DNA of 64,000 nucleotides from Nannocystis bainbridge (GTDB taxonomy: Bacteria > Myxococcota_A > Polyangia > Nannocystales > Nannocystaceae): positions 768,001 through 832,000 of the forward strand of contig NZ_JAQNDL010000003.1 in NCBI RefSeq assembly GCF_028368995.1, in the 5' to 3' direction. Both the position numbers and the translations under genes were made by a program. Shown here piece by piece: positions 9,611 to 21,626 of this stretch; the first letter of the stretch is position 1; each line of letters begins with the position of its first letter. The notes beneath the pieces are model-generated. The model was not told where the DNA came from. It saw only the letters and a list, made by a program, of their open reading frames with translations, and searched no databases.

Positions 9611-11854
9611 GACTTCGCTCCTGCCACCGATGCGTCACCACCCACGACTGTCCGAGCGACAGACCCCCATCGTTCGGCGGCGCCAGCGACGGGGAGTAAA
9701 CCGTGAATCCGGCCCTCTCGAGGCGCCTCCGCGTCGACGTGGCGAGGCGGAGGTTCTGGAAGCAGCCGCCCGCGAGCGCCACTGCGGGGATGGCTGCTCT
9801 ACGGGCGAGCTCAGCCGCCAGCCATGCCAGCGCTTCGTGGAAGCGAGCGCTCACGACCGCCACGGGCACGCCTCGGCGTCGATCCGCCACGACCTCCAGC
9901 ACCAAAGGCTCCCAGTCGACGACGATCGGCGCCGAGCCGCGCAACACAAGGGGGTAGGGCTCTGCGTCCTCGACGTCCTCTGCGACGTACTCGAGCTCCA
10001 TGGCCGCTTGGCCCTCAAAACTCGATTGCTCGCGCACGCCGGCGAGCGCAGCCACGACGTCAAACAGCCGGCCCACGCTGGTCGTGCGTGGCGCGTTGAG
10101 GCCGCGCTCCAGCATCGCATCGAGCACCGCGAGCTCGCACGGAGAAAACCAGGCGGCAGCGATGGCGGAGAAGCCCGCCTCGCCTATCGCATGAAGCGCG
10201 CCGGCGGCGGCGCGACGGCCGTCGCGGATCGCCGCGTCGCCGCCCGGCAGCCTGAACGAGCGCAGGTGCGCGAAGCGAAGCGCCCGCGCCCCATCACACA
10301 CGAGCGCCTCGCCGCCCCAGAGATCGCCGTCCTCCCCGTAGCCGCTCCCGTCCCACGCCAGGCCGAGCAACGGACCCTGGAGGCTGTGCTCGGCGGCACA
10401 AGCGGCCACGTGCGCGTGATGGTGCTGCACTCGCTCGAGCGGGACTTCGTGCTCCGCAGCGAGCACCTCGGCGAGGCGCGTGGAGGCGTAGTCGGGGTGC
10501 AGGTCGCAGGCGATGACCTCGAGGCGGCCGTGCAGGAAGCGGAGCAGGTCGCGGGCTGTGCGTCCGAGCAGCGCTCTCGCCGATTCGCAGTCGAGGTCGC
10601 CGAGGTGTTGGCTGACCACGACCTCGCGACCCACTGCGAGCGTGATCGTGGACTTGAGGTGGCCGCCGAGGCAAAGCACGGGGGGTCCGTCCTCCGTGCG
10701 AAGGAACGAGCGCGGCACGAAGCCTCGTGCCCGTCTCAGGATCTCGAGCCCGTTGGGCCCGATGCGGACGACCGAATCGTCGAGCGGGCGGGCGATCGGC
10801 CGGTCGTGTGCGAGGAACAGATCGGCGACCGCGCCGAGACGCTCGCGGGCCTCCGCGTCGTCGATGCAGATCGGCTCGCTCGAGAGGTTGCCGCTCGTAC
10901 ACACCAGCGGACCGCCGACGTCGGAGAGCAGCAGCCGGTGGAGCGGCGAAGCGGCGAGCATGGCGCCGACGCGAGGGTTGTTCGGGGCGACCTCGGCCGC
11001 GAGCGAGGAGAGCCTCGATCGCCGCACCAGCACGATCGGCGCCGCGGGCGACAGGAGCGCGTGGAGCTCGTCGTCCGCCACGTCGCAGTCGCGACGGAGC
11101 GTGGCGAGCGAGGGGAACATCACCGCGAACGGCTTCTCCTCGCGTCCTTTGCGACGTCGGAGCCGCGCCACCGCCGACGAGCTCGTCGCGTCCACGAGGA
11201 GCTGGTAACCGCCGACACCTTTCACTGCACACACCTGCCCATCGCGGAGGAACTGCACCGCGGCCGCCAGCGCGCCCTCCTCCGCCGCGCTCGTCCTGCC
11301 CATCGCGTCGAGCGCCGCGAGCCTGGGTCCGCATTGCGGGCAGGCGATCGGCTGCGCGTGGAACCGTCGATCCGAGGAATCCTCGTACTCTCGCGCGCAA
11401 TCGTCGCAGAGCGTGAACGAGCGCAGTGTCGTGCGCGTGCGGTCGTAGGGGAGGGCCTCGATCACCGACCACCGAGGTCCGCAAATCGTGCAATTGGTGA
11501 AGGGGTAGCGGTAGCGGCGCTCGCCGGGCGTGGCGATCTCGCGCGCACATTCGTCGCACGGAGCACTGTCAGGCGGCAACGCGACCCCGGAGGCGTCCCC
11601 CACCCGGCTGGCGAGGATCTGGAAGTCCGAGCTGCCGCGCAGTTCGACCTGTCGGCTGACGAGCGTGACGACGCGCGCGCCTGGGGGCGGTCGTCGCCTC
11701 AGGGCTTCACCTCGAGCTGCACGCCGTCGGCCTCGTTGCGGACCCACCCCGACAGCCCCATCTGCCCCGCCAGGCGACAGACGAACGGACGAAAACCTAC
11801 CGCTTGCAGGACGCCCCGCAGGGCGATCGAGAGCCGCTGAGCGCCGAGGTTCAT
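9588..11854 (-). pseudogene. hypF: Carbamoyltransferase HypF, frameshifted in the N-terminal acylphosphatase domain
   Basis: RGVLQAVGFRPFV..GWVRN stops at 11699; the remainder (zinc fingers, QHHHAH, PNDGGLSLGQ) is in another frame. Confidence 0.85.
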
Positions 11855-12192
11855 TCGACCTCGATGGATTCGACGCCGAGACCGGGCTCGCGGGCCAGCA
11901 CCGCCTCGGTGCTCTCGCACCGGGGGCACAGGAGCACGTGGTGCTCGGGTTCGTAGACGAGGTCACAGTCCCCGCAACGAGCCTCGATGCGCGAGACCGA
12001 GAGCACGAGCCGCGCGCCCTCGGCCAGCGTGCCGCGGGCGCAGGCCTCGAAGTGGAAGGCCACGCTGTCTGCCGACAGCGACTCTGTTTCGGCGACCCAC
12101 CCGCGGACGGCGCTCACATGTCTGGCGCCGGCCACACGGGCCTGCTCGATCGCGGCGGTCAAAATTTGCCTGGCGATGGATGACTCGTGCAT
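11851..12192 (-). CDS. hypA: Hydrogenase nickel incorporation protein HypA
   Basis: MHE N-terminus, CGDC and CPRC. Confidence 0.95.
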   Translation of the reverse strand: MHESSIARQILTAAIEQARVAGARHVSAVRGWVAETESLSADSVAFHFEACARGTLAEGARLVLSVSRIEARCGDCDLVYEPEHHVLLCPRCESTEAVLAREPGLGVESIEVE

Positions 12193-12662
12193 TCGTGCCC
12201 TCCGGACGTGTTCTCTCCCAGCATGGCCACCACGGCCCGCACCGCGGCTTCCACGGCTGCCGCCGCCGTCAGCGAGAGCTCCTCAGCGAGCCTCTCCGGC
12301 CGCTCGATCTCGAGGCCGACGATCTGGATCTCGGGCGCCACGGACTCCGGGTACAGGGCGCGCGCCAGCGCGACCGCGGCGGGAAGGTCGAGTCCGTGCG
12401 TCGAGATCGCCACCAGTTGCTGCGCGTCGAAGTCCTCCGGCGTAGCGACATGGAGGTGCCCCAATGCTCCGGAACCGAGGACGGCGTCGACCACGATCAC
12501 GCGATCAACGCCCGTGAGGCGCGCGATCAGCTCCGTGGTGCTGGCGACGAAGTCGACCTGAACGTCGTCGAGGTCCAGACTTCGCAGCCGCTCCGCCACC
12601 CGGATCCCCACCCCGTCGTCGCCCGCGAGGCGTTGCCCCACGCCGATCACCCGCGCGCTCAT
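12159..12662 (-). CDS. Hydrogenase maturation endopeptidase (HycI/HybD family)
   Basis: [22 protein letters not shown]. Confidence 0.92.
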   Translation of the reverse strand: MSARVIGVGQRLAGDDGVGIRVAERLRSLDLDDVQVDFVASTTELIARLTGVDRVIVVDAVLGSGALGHLHVATPEDFDAQQLVAISTHGLDLPAAVALARALYPESVAPEIQIVGLEIERPERLAEELSLTAAAAVEAAVRAVVAMLGENTSGGHECTSHPSPGKF

Positions 12663-13954
12663 GCCTCCACCTGCTCGATCCGCAGGGTAAGGAAGTGCGC
12701 CGCGCAGGAGATGCAGGGATCATGATTCCGGATCGCCTGCTCCGCCCGCGCGGTCGCGGCCTTGTGGGACAGCCCTGCTAACACCGGCGCCATCGCCCGC
12801 AGATCGTCTTCGATGCAGCGCTGATTCTGCGAGGTCGGCGGGACGATCTTCGCGTCCGTGATGAGACCGTCGTCACCGATTGAATAGCGGTGGTAAAGAA
12901 TGCCGCGCGGCGCCTCGGTGCACCCATGGCCCAGCCCGGGCGCACATGGGACGTCCTCCGAGGCCACCGTCGGAGGGTCGTACGAGCGCACGAGCCGCGC
13001 CGCCTCGTCAAACGCCTGGATCGTCTCCACAGCGCGCGCCAGGATGCTCTTGAAAGGATTCGTGCATGGCGGGACGAAGCCGACGTCCTCGGCCGCGGCT
13101 CGGGCTCGCGGCGACAGCCGGTCGAAGTTGAGGTTGAAGCGCGAGAGAGGGCCGCAGAGGTAGGCGCCGCGGCCGTTGCGCTGTGACTGCAGCGCGCTCG
13201 AGTGCTGGACGTGCTCTTCCGTGAAGTGGGCGTCGTACTCGTGCGCCGCGATGTCGAGGCCCGCGCTGGAGACGATGCGCCCCTCGTTCATGGGGTACTC
13301 GTCGGGATGACGAAGGGCGACGAATTCATACTCCCTGCGGAAATCGGGGTAGGAGAAGCCGGCTGTCCAGCGCAGGAGAGCCTCGGCAGCGTCGAGGCCC
13401 CACTCGAGCTCGGGGAGCAGCGCCAGCAACTCGGAGCGCGACGGGGCGCGGTAGAAGCCTCCGACCTTGATGTTGATCGGGTGGATCTCGCGGCCACCCA
13501 GCAGGGTCATGATCGCGTTCCCTGCTTTCTTCATCCGCAGTCCGCGCTTGACCTCGTCCGGGTGGGACTTCGCCATGGTGAGCGCGTCGGGAAAGCCGAG
13601 GAAATCGGGGGTGTGCAGCATCACCATGTGCAAGAGGTGGCTCTCGATCCACTCACCGCAGTAGAGCAGGCGCCGGAGGGCCCGCACCGCGGGCTCGACG
13701 CGCAGGCCGTGCGCGGCCTCGATCGCATGACAGGCGCTCATCTGGTATGCGACCGGGCAGATGCCGCAGATCCGGGACGTGATGTCGGGCGCTTCGAGCT
13801 GCGCGCGACCACGCAGGAGCGCCTCGAAGAAGCGCGGCGGCTCGAAGATCCGCAGCTGCACCTCTTCGGCCGTCTCGCCGCGGAGGCGGATGAAGAGCGC
13901 GCCCTCTCCCTCGACGCGGGCGAGATAATCGACCTTGATGGTCCTAGTCGCCAT
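12659..13954 (-). CDS. hydA: Group 3b [NiFe]-hydrogenase large (alpha) subunit
   Basis: ARVEGEG, L1 [11 protein letters not shown]2 DPCISCAAH plus cleavable tail. Confidence 0.95.
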   Translation of the reverse strand: MATRTIKVDYLARVEGEGALFIRLRGETAEEVQLRIFEPPRFFEALLRGRAQLEAPDITSRICGICPVAYQMSACHAIEAAHGLRVEPAVRALRRLLYCGEWIESHLLHMVMLHTPDFLGFPDALTMAKSHPDEVKRGLRMKKAGNAIMTLLGGREIHPINIKVGGFYRAPSRSELLALLPELEWGLDAAEALLRWTAGFSYPDFRREYEFVALRHPDEYPMNEGRIVSSAGLDIAAHEYDAHFTEEHVQHSSALQSQRNGRGAYLCGPLSRFNLNFDRLSPRARAAAEDVGFVPPCTNPFKSILARAVETIQAFDEAARLVRSYDPPTVASEDVPCAPGLGHGCTEAPRGILYHRYSIGDDGLITDAKIVPPTSQNQRCIEDDLRAMAPVLAGLSHKAATARAEQAIRNHDPCISCAAHFLTLRIEQVEA

Positions 13955-14723
13955 GCGACAGCCCCTCCTGGCGGAACGGTCCGGCGTTGGCGTTGAAGGT
14001 GTGGAAATACCGACGCACGCCGCCTTCGCTCACGCCCATCTGCACGAAGCCGCGGGCCAGCGCGGCGGTGTTGGGCGCCTCGGCGGGGCCGTAGCAGCCG
14101 TAACAGCCGCGGATGTAGCTCGGGCAGAGGGCGCCGCAGCCGGCATGGGTCACCGGTCCCATGCAGGGGGTACCGTGGGCCACCATGACGCAGACGGTGC
14201 CGCGCATCTTGCACTCGACGCAGGTGCTGTGCGAGGCGATCGCGGGCCGACGGCCGTGGAGGTATGCGCTCAGCACCTCGAGCAGCTGCCGCTTGTCGAT
14301 CGGACAGCCTCGCAGTTCGAAGTCGACGGGCACGTGTTCGGCGATCGCGGTCGAGGTGGTGAGCGAGTCGATGTAGTCAGGCCGCGCGTACACCACGCGC
14401 AGCATCTCCGCGTGATCCCGGAAGTTGCGCAGCGCCTGGATCCCGCCGGCCGTGGCGCACGCGCCGATGGTCACGAGGGACCGCGAGACGGCCCGCACTC
14501 GCCGGATGCGCTCGGCGTCGTCGGCCGTCGTGATCGACCCCTCGACCAGCGATACTTCGTAGGGGCCGCCCACGTCCGCGCTGGTCGCCTCCCGGAAATA
14601 GGCGATCTGCAGCGCGTCGGCGATCGCCAGGAGCTCATCCTCGCAATCGAGGAGCGTGAGCTGGCAGCCGTCGCAGGAGGCGAACTTCCACACCGCCAGC
14701 TTGGGGCGTCGCTTCCTCGGCAT
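13944..14723 (-). CDS. hydD: Group 3b hydrogenase small (delta) subunit
   Basis: [31 protein letters not shown]. Confidence 0.93.
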   Translation of the reverse strand: MPRKRRPKLAVWKFASCDGCQLTLLDCEDELLAIADALQIAYFREATSADVGGPYEVSLVEGSITTADDAERIRRVRAVSRSLVTIGACATAGGIQALRNFRDHAEMLRVVYARPDYIDSLTTSTAIAEHVPVDFELRGCPIDKRQLLEVLSAYLHGRRPAIASHSTCVECKMRGTVCVMVAHGTPCMGPVTHAGCGALCPSYIRGCYGCYGPAEAPNTAALARGFVQMGVSEGGVRRYFHTFNANAGPFRQEGLSHGD

Positions 14724-14724
14724 T

Positions 14725-15567
14725 TCAGATCTCCCTCACGTAGAACAGGCGCTCGATGCGATCGAAGCGGTAGACGGGGCCGTCCTTGCACACGAACGTG
14801 GGGCCGTACTGACAATGGCCGCAGAAGCCGACGCCGCACTTCATGCTCCGCTCCATGGACACGTGGATCCGCTCGTGCGGCACGCCGCGGCGCTCGAGCT
14901 CACGGACCGCGAAGCGCATCATCACCTCGGGGCCGCAGAGCAGCGCGACCGTCGCCGCGGGGTCGAGCTCGACCTCGGCGATCAGCGCCGGCACCACCGC
15001 CACCGTGCCCCTGAACGATGTGTCGGCCCGATCGACGGTGACCTCCACGGTCACGTCGAACCGGCTGCGCCAGCGCTCCAGCTCCTTGCGGAAGATGAAG
15101 TCGGCCGGCGAGCGGAACCCGGCCAGCACGATCACTCGGCGATACAGGCTCCGGGCCGCGAGCGCGTGGAGGATCGCGGGGCGCAGCGGCGCGACGCCGA
15201 GGCCGCCCGCGACGAACAGCAAGTCCTGGTCGCGGGCCTCGGCCAGGGGCCACGCGCTGCCGAACGGGCCGCGGACGCCGATGGTATCGCCCTTGCGGAG
15301 GCCCTGCATGGCCCGCGTCACCGCGCCCACCGCCCGGATCGTGTGGACCAGCTCCTCGGGTCGGTTCGGGTCGCCGCTGATCGAGATCGGCACCTCGCCC
15401 GCGCCGAAGGCGTAGAGCATGTTGAATTGCCCGGGCGCGAACGAGAAGCCCGCGCCTGAGGGCGCCGCGAGGTGCCAGGTGAACACGTCGGGCAGCTCGC
15501 GGTCCACCCGGCTGATGCGGGCGAACGCCGGGACCATGGGGTCGAACAGCGGGATCGGCGTGGTCAT
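14725..15567 (-). CDS. hydG: Group 3b hydrogenase gamma subunit (FAD/NAD(P)-binding, 2Fe-2S)
   Basis: [36 protein letters not shown]. Confidence 0.93.
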   Translation of the reverse strand: MTTPIPLFDPMVPAFARISRVDRELPDVFTWHLAAPSGAGFSFAPGQFNMLYAFGAGEVPISISGDPNRPEELVHTIRAVGAVTRAMQGLRKGDTIGVRGPFGSAWPLAEARDQDLLFVAGGLGVAPLRPAILHALAARSLYRRVIVLAGFRSPADFIFRKELERWRSRFDVTVEVTVDRADTSFRGTVAVVPALIAEVELDPAATVALLCGPEVMMRFAVRELERRGVPHERIHVSMERSMKCGVGFCGHCQYGPTFVCKDGPVYRFDRIERLFYVREI

Positions 15568-16046
15568 GGCGAGGCCTTGTAGACGTCGAGCCGCTGGAGT
15601 CGCACGCGCTCGAGCCGATGGTAGGTCAGGGCGAGCAGACGCTTCATCAACACGTATCCGAGCTCGTGATCGGCCTCCATCTTGCGGTAGAGGCACGCCC
15701 CGTCGAGCGCGAGGGCCACGACCGGATCGAGCGCGCGCGCGTCGAGGTGCACGCGCGGCGGTAGTGAGGGATCGGCGCCGTCGAGCCTGGTCCACGAGAG
15801 GCCGAGCACATCGCCGGCGCCGACCGTTTCGACCCGTACCGCGCCGCGCCCGGGGACGTGGACCTCGAGAGAGGCACGACCGGCGCGCAGGAGGTAGAAC
15901 GTCCTGGCCTCTTCGCCCTCGCGGAGAAGGAACTGTCCGGGCTGGAAGCGCACGTTCTTCGTGCAACCGACCAAAACCGCGTGGTGCGCTCGACCCAGGC
16001 CGTCGAGGAACGGGTGGGCAGCGAGGAGCCGGGCCAGATCGTCCAT
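15564..16046 (-). CDS. Cyclic-nucleotide-binding domain protein in the hydrogenase operon
   Basis: [39 protein letters not shown]. Confidence 0.88.
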   Translation of the reverse strand: MDDLARLLAAHPFLDGLGRAHHAVLVGCTKNVRFQPGQFLLREGEEARTFYLLRAGRASLEVHVPGRGAVRVETVGAGDVLGLSWTRLDGADPSLPPRVHLDARALDPVVALALDGACLYRKMEADHELGYVLMKRLLALTYHRLERVRLQRLDVYKASP

Positions 16047-16056
16047 CGGGCTCCCG

Positions 16057-17196
16057 TCATGCGACCGGCACGTCCGCGCGGAGCGCCGCGGCTTCTTCGG
16101 TGATGTCGATCCCGACCGGGCACCAGGTGATGCAGCGGCCGCACCCGACGCAGCCCGAGGTTCCGTATTGATCGATCCAGCTGGCGAGCTTGTGGGTGAG
16201 CCATTGACGGTACCGCGCCCGCAGCGACGGCCGCACGCTGCCTCCGTGTACGTACGAGTGATCGAGCGTGAAGCAAGAGTCCCACCGGCGCTCCCGCGTC
16301 GCCGTCGCGCCAGCGAGATCCGTCGTATCGACCGTCGTGCTGCAGAAGCAAGTCGGGCACACGAGCGTGCAGTTGGTACAGCCGAGGCAGCGTTCGGCCA
16401 CCTGTGCCCATCTGGGGTGCTCCTGGTTGGCGTAGAAGAGCGACTTGATGTCGCGCGTGTCCATGTGCCGACCCATGTTCGCGGTCGCAGCGGCGGTGAC
16501 GGCGGACGCGGCCGCGTGGTCAGCCTCGCTCGCCGGCGCGTGCTCGACGCGAGCGAGGAGGTCGGCACCCGCCGCCGATCCGACCTCGACCACGAAGCGG
16601 TGCGGGCCGCCGCTCAGGAGCTCCGTCAGCGCGAGATCGAAGCCGCCGCTCGCCCGTGGCCCTGTGCCCATCGACGCGCAGAAGCAGGTGCCGCTCGGCT
16701 CTCCGCAATTGACAGCCACGACGAACACGCCGCGCCGACGCGACGCATAGTCGGCGTCGACATGATGTCCCCCGACGAACACCCGATCTTGAACCGCGAT
16801 CGCCTGCAGCTCGCACGAGCGAACGCCGATCAGCGCGAGCTTCCGGTCGATCGGGGGCTCGGGCGTCAACACCGGGCCGCCCGCGCCCCTCCGCAGCTGG
16901 AAGAGCCGGATCGAGGGCGGAAAGAACTCGCGCTTGTGGGACTGCGGACCGACCGCATAGCCGAACAGCGCCTGGTCGGCGCGACGGCGCAGCCGGTAAC
17001 GGCCGGGCGCTTGCTCGTCGCCGACGCCTACTGGAAGGTCCTCGATGCCGCGCAGCTGGTCGTGGACGATCGCGCCGTCACGGACGGTCGGCCCCACGAC
17101 GAGATAACCATCATCGCGCAGATGCTGAAGGAGAGACGCGAGTCCGTCACGAAGGAGCAGGACGCTCGCATTGATGTCGGGTCTCGGATGCACCAT
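16057..17196 (-). CDS. hydB: Group 3b hydrogenase beta subunit (4Fe-4S)
   Basis: [43 protein letters not shown]. Confidence 0.93.
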   Translation of the reverse strand: MVHPRPDINASVLLLRDGLASLLQHLRDDGYLVVGPTVRDGAIVHDQLRGIEDLPVGVGDEQAPGRYRLRRRADQALFGYAVGPQSHKREFFPPSIRLFQLRRGAGGPVLTPEPPIDRKLALIGVRSCELQAIAVQDRVFVGGHHVDADYASRRRGVFVVAVNCGEPSGTCFCASMGTGPRASGGFDLALTELLSGGPHRFVVEVGSAAGADLLARVEHAPASEADHAAASAVTAAATANMGRHMDTRDIKSLFYANQEHPRWAQVAERCLGCTNCTLVCPTCFCSTTVDTTDLAGATATRERRWDSCFTLDHSYVHGGSVRPSLRARYRQWLTHKLASWIDQYGTSGCVGCGRCITWCPVGIDITEEAAALRADVPVA

Positions 17197-17775
17197 GCTC
17201 GCTCCGGCGCGGCCTGCGGCCGGCCATGGACCGATGAACGATGCGAGAATGCCGTCCCGCGTCGAGCAGGTCCGACGGCGATCGCACCGATTCGACGATT
17301 CGCCCGCCCACAAGCCAGGAGCCCGCGCGGGCGAACCACAGTCTGCCGCGGGACGCGCCACAGCGAAGTAACCCGTGGTGGCCCCAGTGCGGCTCGCGCC
17401 AGCGACCACCCGGACGACCGGCGCTCCACACTCTCGAACCCACGTCCGCCCGTTCTCACCGCTCTACGACGAGGTCGACCACTGCTCGACCCGCCTCCGC
17501 ATGGACGCTCGACGGCCCCACGGTGCTCCATACGCCGATGCCGGGGTTCAGCGCCGCGCTCGCCATCGACCTGGTGCCGGGCGCGATCGTCCTCGGTCTC
17601 CTGCACGTCTACCTCGGCTTGCGCGGGGCTCAGTCCGCCAACGTGAAGGTCCCGGCATGATTGGCCGCAGCGTCGCGGCAGTGTCCGGGGCATTGCGGCG
17701 CTGCAACGGCTCTGACATGGTGATCGTCGGGACGCGACCAGGCGTCCAACCCGACCGGCCCGGAGGTCACTCGAC

Positions 17776-18080
17776 ATGATCACGTTGGAGATGCGCGGCG
17801 CGTGGCGGGAGCTAGAACGCAAGCTCCGTCCGTTCGTCGCGCGCCGCGTCGCCGGGCCGACGCCGAAGATGTCCTCCAGGACATTTTCTTGCGCATGCAG
17901 AAGAGCTTGCCCCACCTCCGTGACGAGGATCGTTTCGGGCCGTGGGTGTACCAGGTCGCCCGGAGCGCCATCGTCGACCACCAGCGCGCGGCCCTGCGGC
18001 ACCCGCTGGCGTCTCTCGAAGCTGCCGACGAGCCCGCCGCGGACGACCCCTCCGCCCACCGATCCCCGTCCGAGCGCGTA
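17776..18080 (+). pseudogene. SigZ-like ECF sigma factor remnant
   Basis: WRELERKLRPFVARRV, frameshift, then DAEDVLQDIFLRMQKSL..FGPWVYQVARSAIVDHQR; region 4 missing. Confidence 0.75.
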
Positions 18081-18200
18081 GGGCCCGATGATTCCGCGGG
18101 GCGTGGAGTCGCGCCGGCGTTCGCCCTCGGACGCAAGACATCTGCGGACGCCGCCGACCTTCTCCTGGCCATTCCCGGCTGCTCGGGTTCGACGGAGACA

Positions 18201-19886
18201 TCACTGGCAGGCGCCGTCCCACTCGTGGGCGCCGATGCTGAGCGGCAGCGTGCGGGGCAGGCCGCGGAGGTCCGCCGGCGCGTAGGCGGTGATGTCGCGG
18301 CCGCCCTTCGTCACCGTGCAGGGGGACTGGGCGTCGAGGAGCAGGTCGTCTTCGGGGCCGACGAGGACGTCCGGCAGCTTGAGATTGGCCGAGGCGTTCG
18401 CGCCCAGGCCGTTCTCGAACTGCACCACCGTCGTCCACTGCCGGGAGGGGTTGGAGCCCCGCAGCACCTCGTCGCAGTTGAAGACGTTGTTGCGCGCGTG
18501 GCTCGGGACGGACGTGCCGCTCATGGACTGGATGCACGCGACCACGTCGTCGTGCTTGCCTTCGATCAGGTTGTTGTCGACGATCGGCTGGGCCGACTGA
18601 TCGAGGTAGAGCCCGCGCGCGGGGCCGCCGCCGTTGAGGTAGATGCTGTTGCCCAGCACCTTCGAGGCGCCGCCGCTGAGCTGGATGGCGAACGCGCCGC
18701 CTGGCACGTTGGACAGGTCGAGCACGTTGGCCACGAATGCGCCGTTCGAGGCCGAGGCGTGGATGGCTCGCGCGCCGCCGGTGGCCTTGGGGCTCTGGAA
18801 GCGGAAGCGGTTGGCGACGACGGTCGGGTGCCCGTCGACGACGCGGAGGCCGTAGGCCTGGATATCGGGGATGGCGACGATCGGCTCGAGGACGTTGTTG
18901 CTGATCGTCGCGTCCCCCCGGACGAAGACGGCCGCGCGATAGGTGCCGCGGGCGACGCCGACGTGAAAGCCGTCGATCACGGTGCCCGCCTGCACGCCGG
19001 TGGGGACCTCGATCGCCCGGTGGGGATCGGTCGCGGACGAGGAGAGCGTGACGAGCGAGGCGTCGACGATCTTGGTGACGTGTTGAGAGGGATCTCGCTC
19101 GCCCCAGTCAGCCCGGTAGCCGCCGTACAGCGAGATGCCGTCGACAATCACGATGTGGTCGCCGTTGGAGTAGTCGATCGTGTACTCGCCCTCGGCGACG
19201 CGGATCGTGTCGATGGTGCCGAGCTGCGCGGCCTGGTCGATGGCCCACTGGATGGTGCGCAGCGGCAGGTCTGCGGTGCCGGGATTGCTGTTCAGGCCGT
19301 CAGGGTGGACGTAGAGCACGTTCGCGTCGCCGCCGCCGTCGGTGGTGCTGCCGTCGCTGCTCGAGCCGCCGGTCGTTGTGCCGGTGGTGTCGGTGGTGCC
19401 GTCAGTGGTGGCGCCCGTGGTGGTGCCCGTGGTGTCGGTGGTGGTGTCGGTGGTGGCGCCCGTGGTGGTGCCCGTGGTGTCCGTGGTGGTGCCCGTGGTG
19501 TCGGTGGTGGCGCCCGTGGTGGTGCCCGTGGTGTCCGTGGTGGTGTCCGTGGTGGTCTCCGTGGTGGCGCCCGTGGTGTCGTCTACGCCCTCGGTGGTGG
19601 AATCGCCGGTGAGCGAATCATCGGTGGTTGGGTCGCCGGTGAGCGAGGTGCTGGTCGGCGTGGGGCCGGTCGACGTGCTGGGAGCCTCGGTGGTGGTCGT
19701 GCCGGGGTCGCCGGGGGTCGTCGCGTCCGAGGTCGAGCCGGTCGCGTCGTCGGTGGTCGCGGCGGTGGAGCTGGTCTCACCGGAGGCGGAGCTGTCTCCG
19801 CCGACGCCGCCGCACGCCGGGCCGATGCCCAGCGCGGTCACGATCAGGAAGGAGCGCCACTCATGAAAGTCAGCGAGTCGGTGCAT
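18201..19886 (-). CDS. Lipoprotein with Thr-rich stalk and DUF1565/pectin-lyase-like beta-helix
   Basis: GIGPAC lipobox-like; YVHPDGLNSNPGTADLPLRTIQWAI; repeated NN strands; SIGAHE end. Confidence 0.75.
   Translation of the reverse strand: MHRLADFHEWRSFLIVTALGIGPACGGVGGDSSASGETSSTAATTDDATGSTSDATTPGDPGTTTTEAPSTSTGPTPTSTSLTGDPTTDDSLTGDSTTEGVDDTTGATTETTTDTTTDTTGTTTGATTDTTGTTTDTTGTTTGATTDTTTDTTGTTTGATTDGTTDTTGTTTGGSSSDGSTTDGGGDANVLYVHPDGLNSNPGTADLPLRTIQWAIDQAAQLGTIDTIRVAEGEYTIDYSNGDHIVIVDGISLYGGYRADWGERDPSQHVTKIVDASLVTLSSSATDPHRAIEVPTGVQAGTVIDGFHVGVARGTYRAAVFVRGDATISNNVLEPIVAIPDIQAYGLRVVDGHPTVVANRFRFQSPKATGGARAIHASASNGAFVANVLDLSNVPGGAFAIQLSGGASKVLGNSIYLNGGGPARGLYLDQSAQPIVDNNLIEGKHDDVVACIQSMSGTSVPSHARNNVFNCDEVLRGSNPSRQWTTVVQFENGLGANASANLKLPDVLVGPEDDLLLDAQSPCTVTKGGRDITAYAPADLRGLPRTLPLSIGAHEWDGACQ
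19335..19585 (-). repeat. Intragenic degenerate tandem repeats encoding DTTGTTTGATT
   Basis: Repeated GTGGTGCCCGTGGTGTC and GTGGTGGCGCCC units. Confidence 0.9.
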
Positions 19887-20125
19887 GGGGCGCACGATGT
19901 CACGCGGACCCCGGCCCTGCACAGGGCGGGGTCGACGCGGGCATGTATCGTGAGTGCTCCCAAACATCGCGGCGACGGGAGTCGTGCCGGCGCTCTCGCG
20001 GAGCGGCGGCGAGATTGCGCGGTCTCATACTCGCATCCGCGCAATTATGACTCGCATGGATGCGAGATTCGACGCGCGGGCCGACGAAGACGTGCGGCGC
20101 CGCGCCTCGTGGTGTAACGGCGGTC

Positions 20126-21361
20126 CTACCGATCGGACAGCGTGCCGAGAAAGGCGACGATGTCGCGCTCCTCTGCGGTCGTGAGCCCGAGGTTGCCGAC
20201 CTTGGCGGTCTCGAGATTGTCCGCCACTTCAGGTGCCGGCCAGCACGTGCGCTTCTCCCCTGGATCCCCCGGCGCGCACGTCGGGAGGACGGCGCGCGTG
20301 TTGTAGAAATGGACCATCTCCTCGAGGCTCTTGAAATAGCCGTTGTGCCCGTAGGCCTTGACGAACGACCCGTAGGGCCGCTTGTCGACGTTGCGCAGGG
20401 TCGGGACCTTGTGTTTGCCGTTGTTCTCGGCCGCCAAGCTGGCGTATTCGGGCCGCGTGGCGAGGAAGCTGCCGAGCCCGAGATCGACGAACGCCGCGCC
20501 GAGCGGGTTGACGGCGGGCGGCTGGGTGTAGAACGGATTCTCCGGGTTCTTCGGCGCCCCGAGGTTCGCGTACGTGAAGTCGGTGAACAGCGGCGGCACA
20601 TTGCCGTCGCTCACGATCGCGTGGCAGGTGTCGCAGCCGGCCTTGCCGCGAAACAGGGCGAGGCCGCGGAGCTCCTGGTCGTCGAGCGCTGCCTCGCCTG
20701 CGAGGTACGCGTCGAACCGCGAGCTGAAGGCGCTCATCTCCCGCGATGCTTCGTAGCGCTCGATCGACCGCGCGATGGCGGCGAACGCCGCGTCGACGTC
20801 GTCGCAGATGCCCTGGCCCCAGACCTGGCGCAGCAGCAGCGAATAGCCCGAGTGCGGGCTGCATACTCGCTTCACCACCGCGGCCGCGTCCGGCAGGGCT
20901 TGTTCGAGCGGGTTGAGGAACGGGCCTTGCGCTTGGTCGGCTGCCGGGTTGCCGAGCTTCTCGCCGGTGGCGCGACCGTCCCAGAAGGCACCGCCGACGA
21001 ACTCGCCGTTCTTCTTGTCGCGGTGAAGGATCGGACTGAACGACGCGTACGCGCTGCTCGGTGGTTTGCGGGCGCCGAAGCGACCGGCCACCGATCCCTC
21101 GTAGACGGCACCGTGCATGTCGATGGCCTCGATCGGCCCAGTCCAGCCCACTTCCAGGCCATGGCAGTCACTGCAGTCCTGATTGCCGCGGGCGGACAAC
21201 CTCTCGTCGAAGAAGAGCAACTTTCCCAGTTGCTCCTTGGCGCTGAGCCCGGCCCCGGGCGCGCCGCGTCCGGTTCTGGGCGGATCGGCGAAGACGACCG
21301 TGCTGGCGGCGACGACCAGCACGCCCAATGCGACCGTCCCGGTGAGAGTTAGGCTTCTCAT
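20126..21361 (-). CDS. Di-haem cytochrome c peroxidase (CcP/MauG family)
   Basis: Signal peptide, LGKLLFFDERLS, CSDCH, FWDGRA, CDTCH, KVPTLRNV. Confidence 0.92.
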   Translation of the reverse strand: MRSLTLTGTVALGVLVVAASTVVFADPPRTGRGAPGAGLSAKEQLGKLLFFDERLSARGNQDCSDCHGLEVGWTGPIEAIDMHGAVYEGSVAGRFGARKPPSSAYASFSPILHRDKKNGEFVGGAFWDGRATGEKLGNPAADQAQGPFLNPLEQALPDAAAVVKRVCSPHSGYSLLLRQVWGQGICDDVDAAFAAIARSIERYEASREMSAFSSRFDAYLAGEAALDDQELRGLALFRGKAGCDTCHAIVSDGNVPPLFTDFTYANLGAPKNPENPFYTQPPAVNPLGAAFVDLGLGSFLATRPEYASLAAENNGKHKVPTLRNVDKRPYGSFVKAYGHNGYFKSLEEMVHFYNTRAVLPTCAPGDPGEKRTCWPAPEVADNLETAKVGNLGLTTAEERDIVAFLGTLSDR

Positions 21362-21626
21362 TCGAACATCCTTCGACGCCCACCGAGCGCACGGGGGTGC
21401 GACAGCTACCGGATGGGCTGCGTCCTCTCCGGGGTACCGCCCGGGCCCCGCATGTCAATCGAGGGACGTGCGAACGACGGGCGCCAGTGCGATGGGACAG
21501 GTCCAGCCGCGGACCTGCTCGCCAGGTCGACCGCGGCGCGGAAGAACCGTGCGCGGGGTCCGCCGCCGCGCGCGGGTGGGTGGGCGACGGTCACTTCGTC
21601 GCGAGCGGGGTGCGGAGGCGATGCCC

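Noticed and set aside
8577-11840. 1087-aa plus-strand ORF
   Set aside because: Antisense shadow of hypD/hypC/hypF in high-GC DNA; no motifs.
19335-19585. Possible CRISPR array; Trp/Cys-repeat ORF 19376-19612
   Set aside because: No unique spacers or cas genes; it is the Thr-rich coding repeat read in other frames.
17802-20117. 771-aa plus-strand ORF suggesting a sigma-factor fusion
   Set aside because: Only the first ~90 aa are the SigZ-like remnant; the rest is antisense to the beta-helix lipoprotein.
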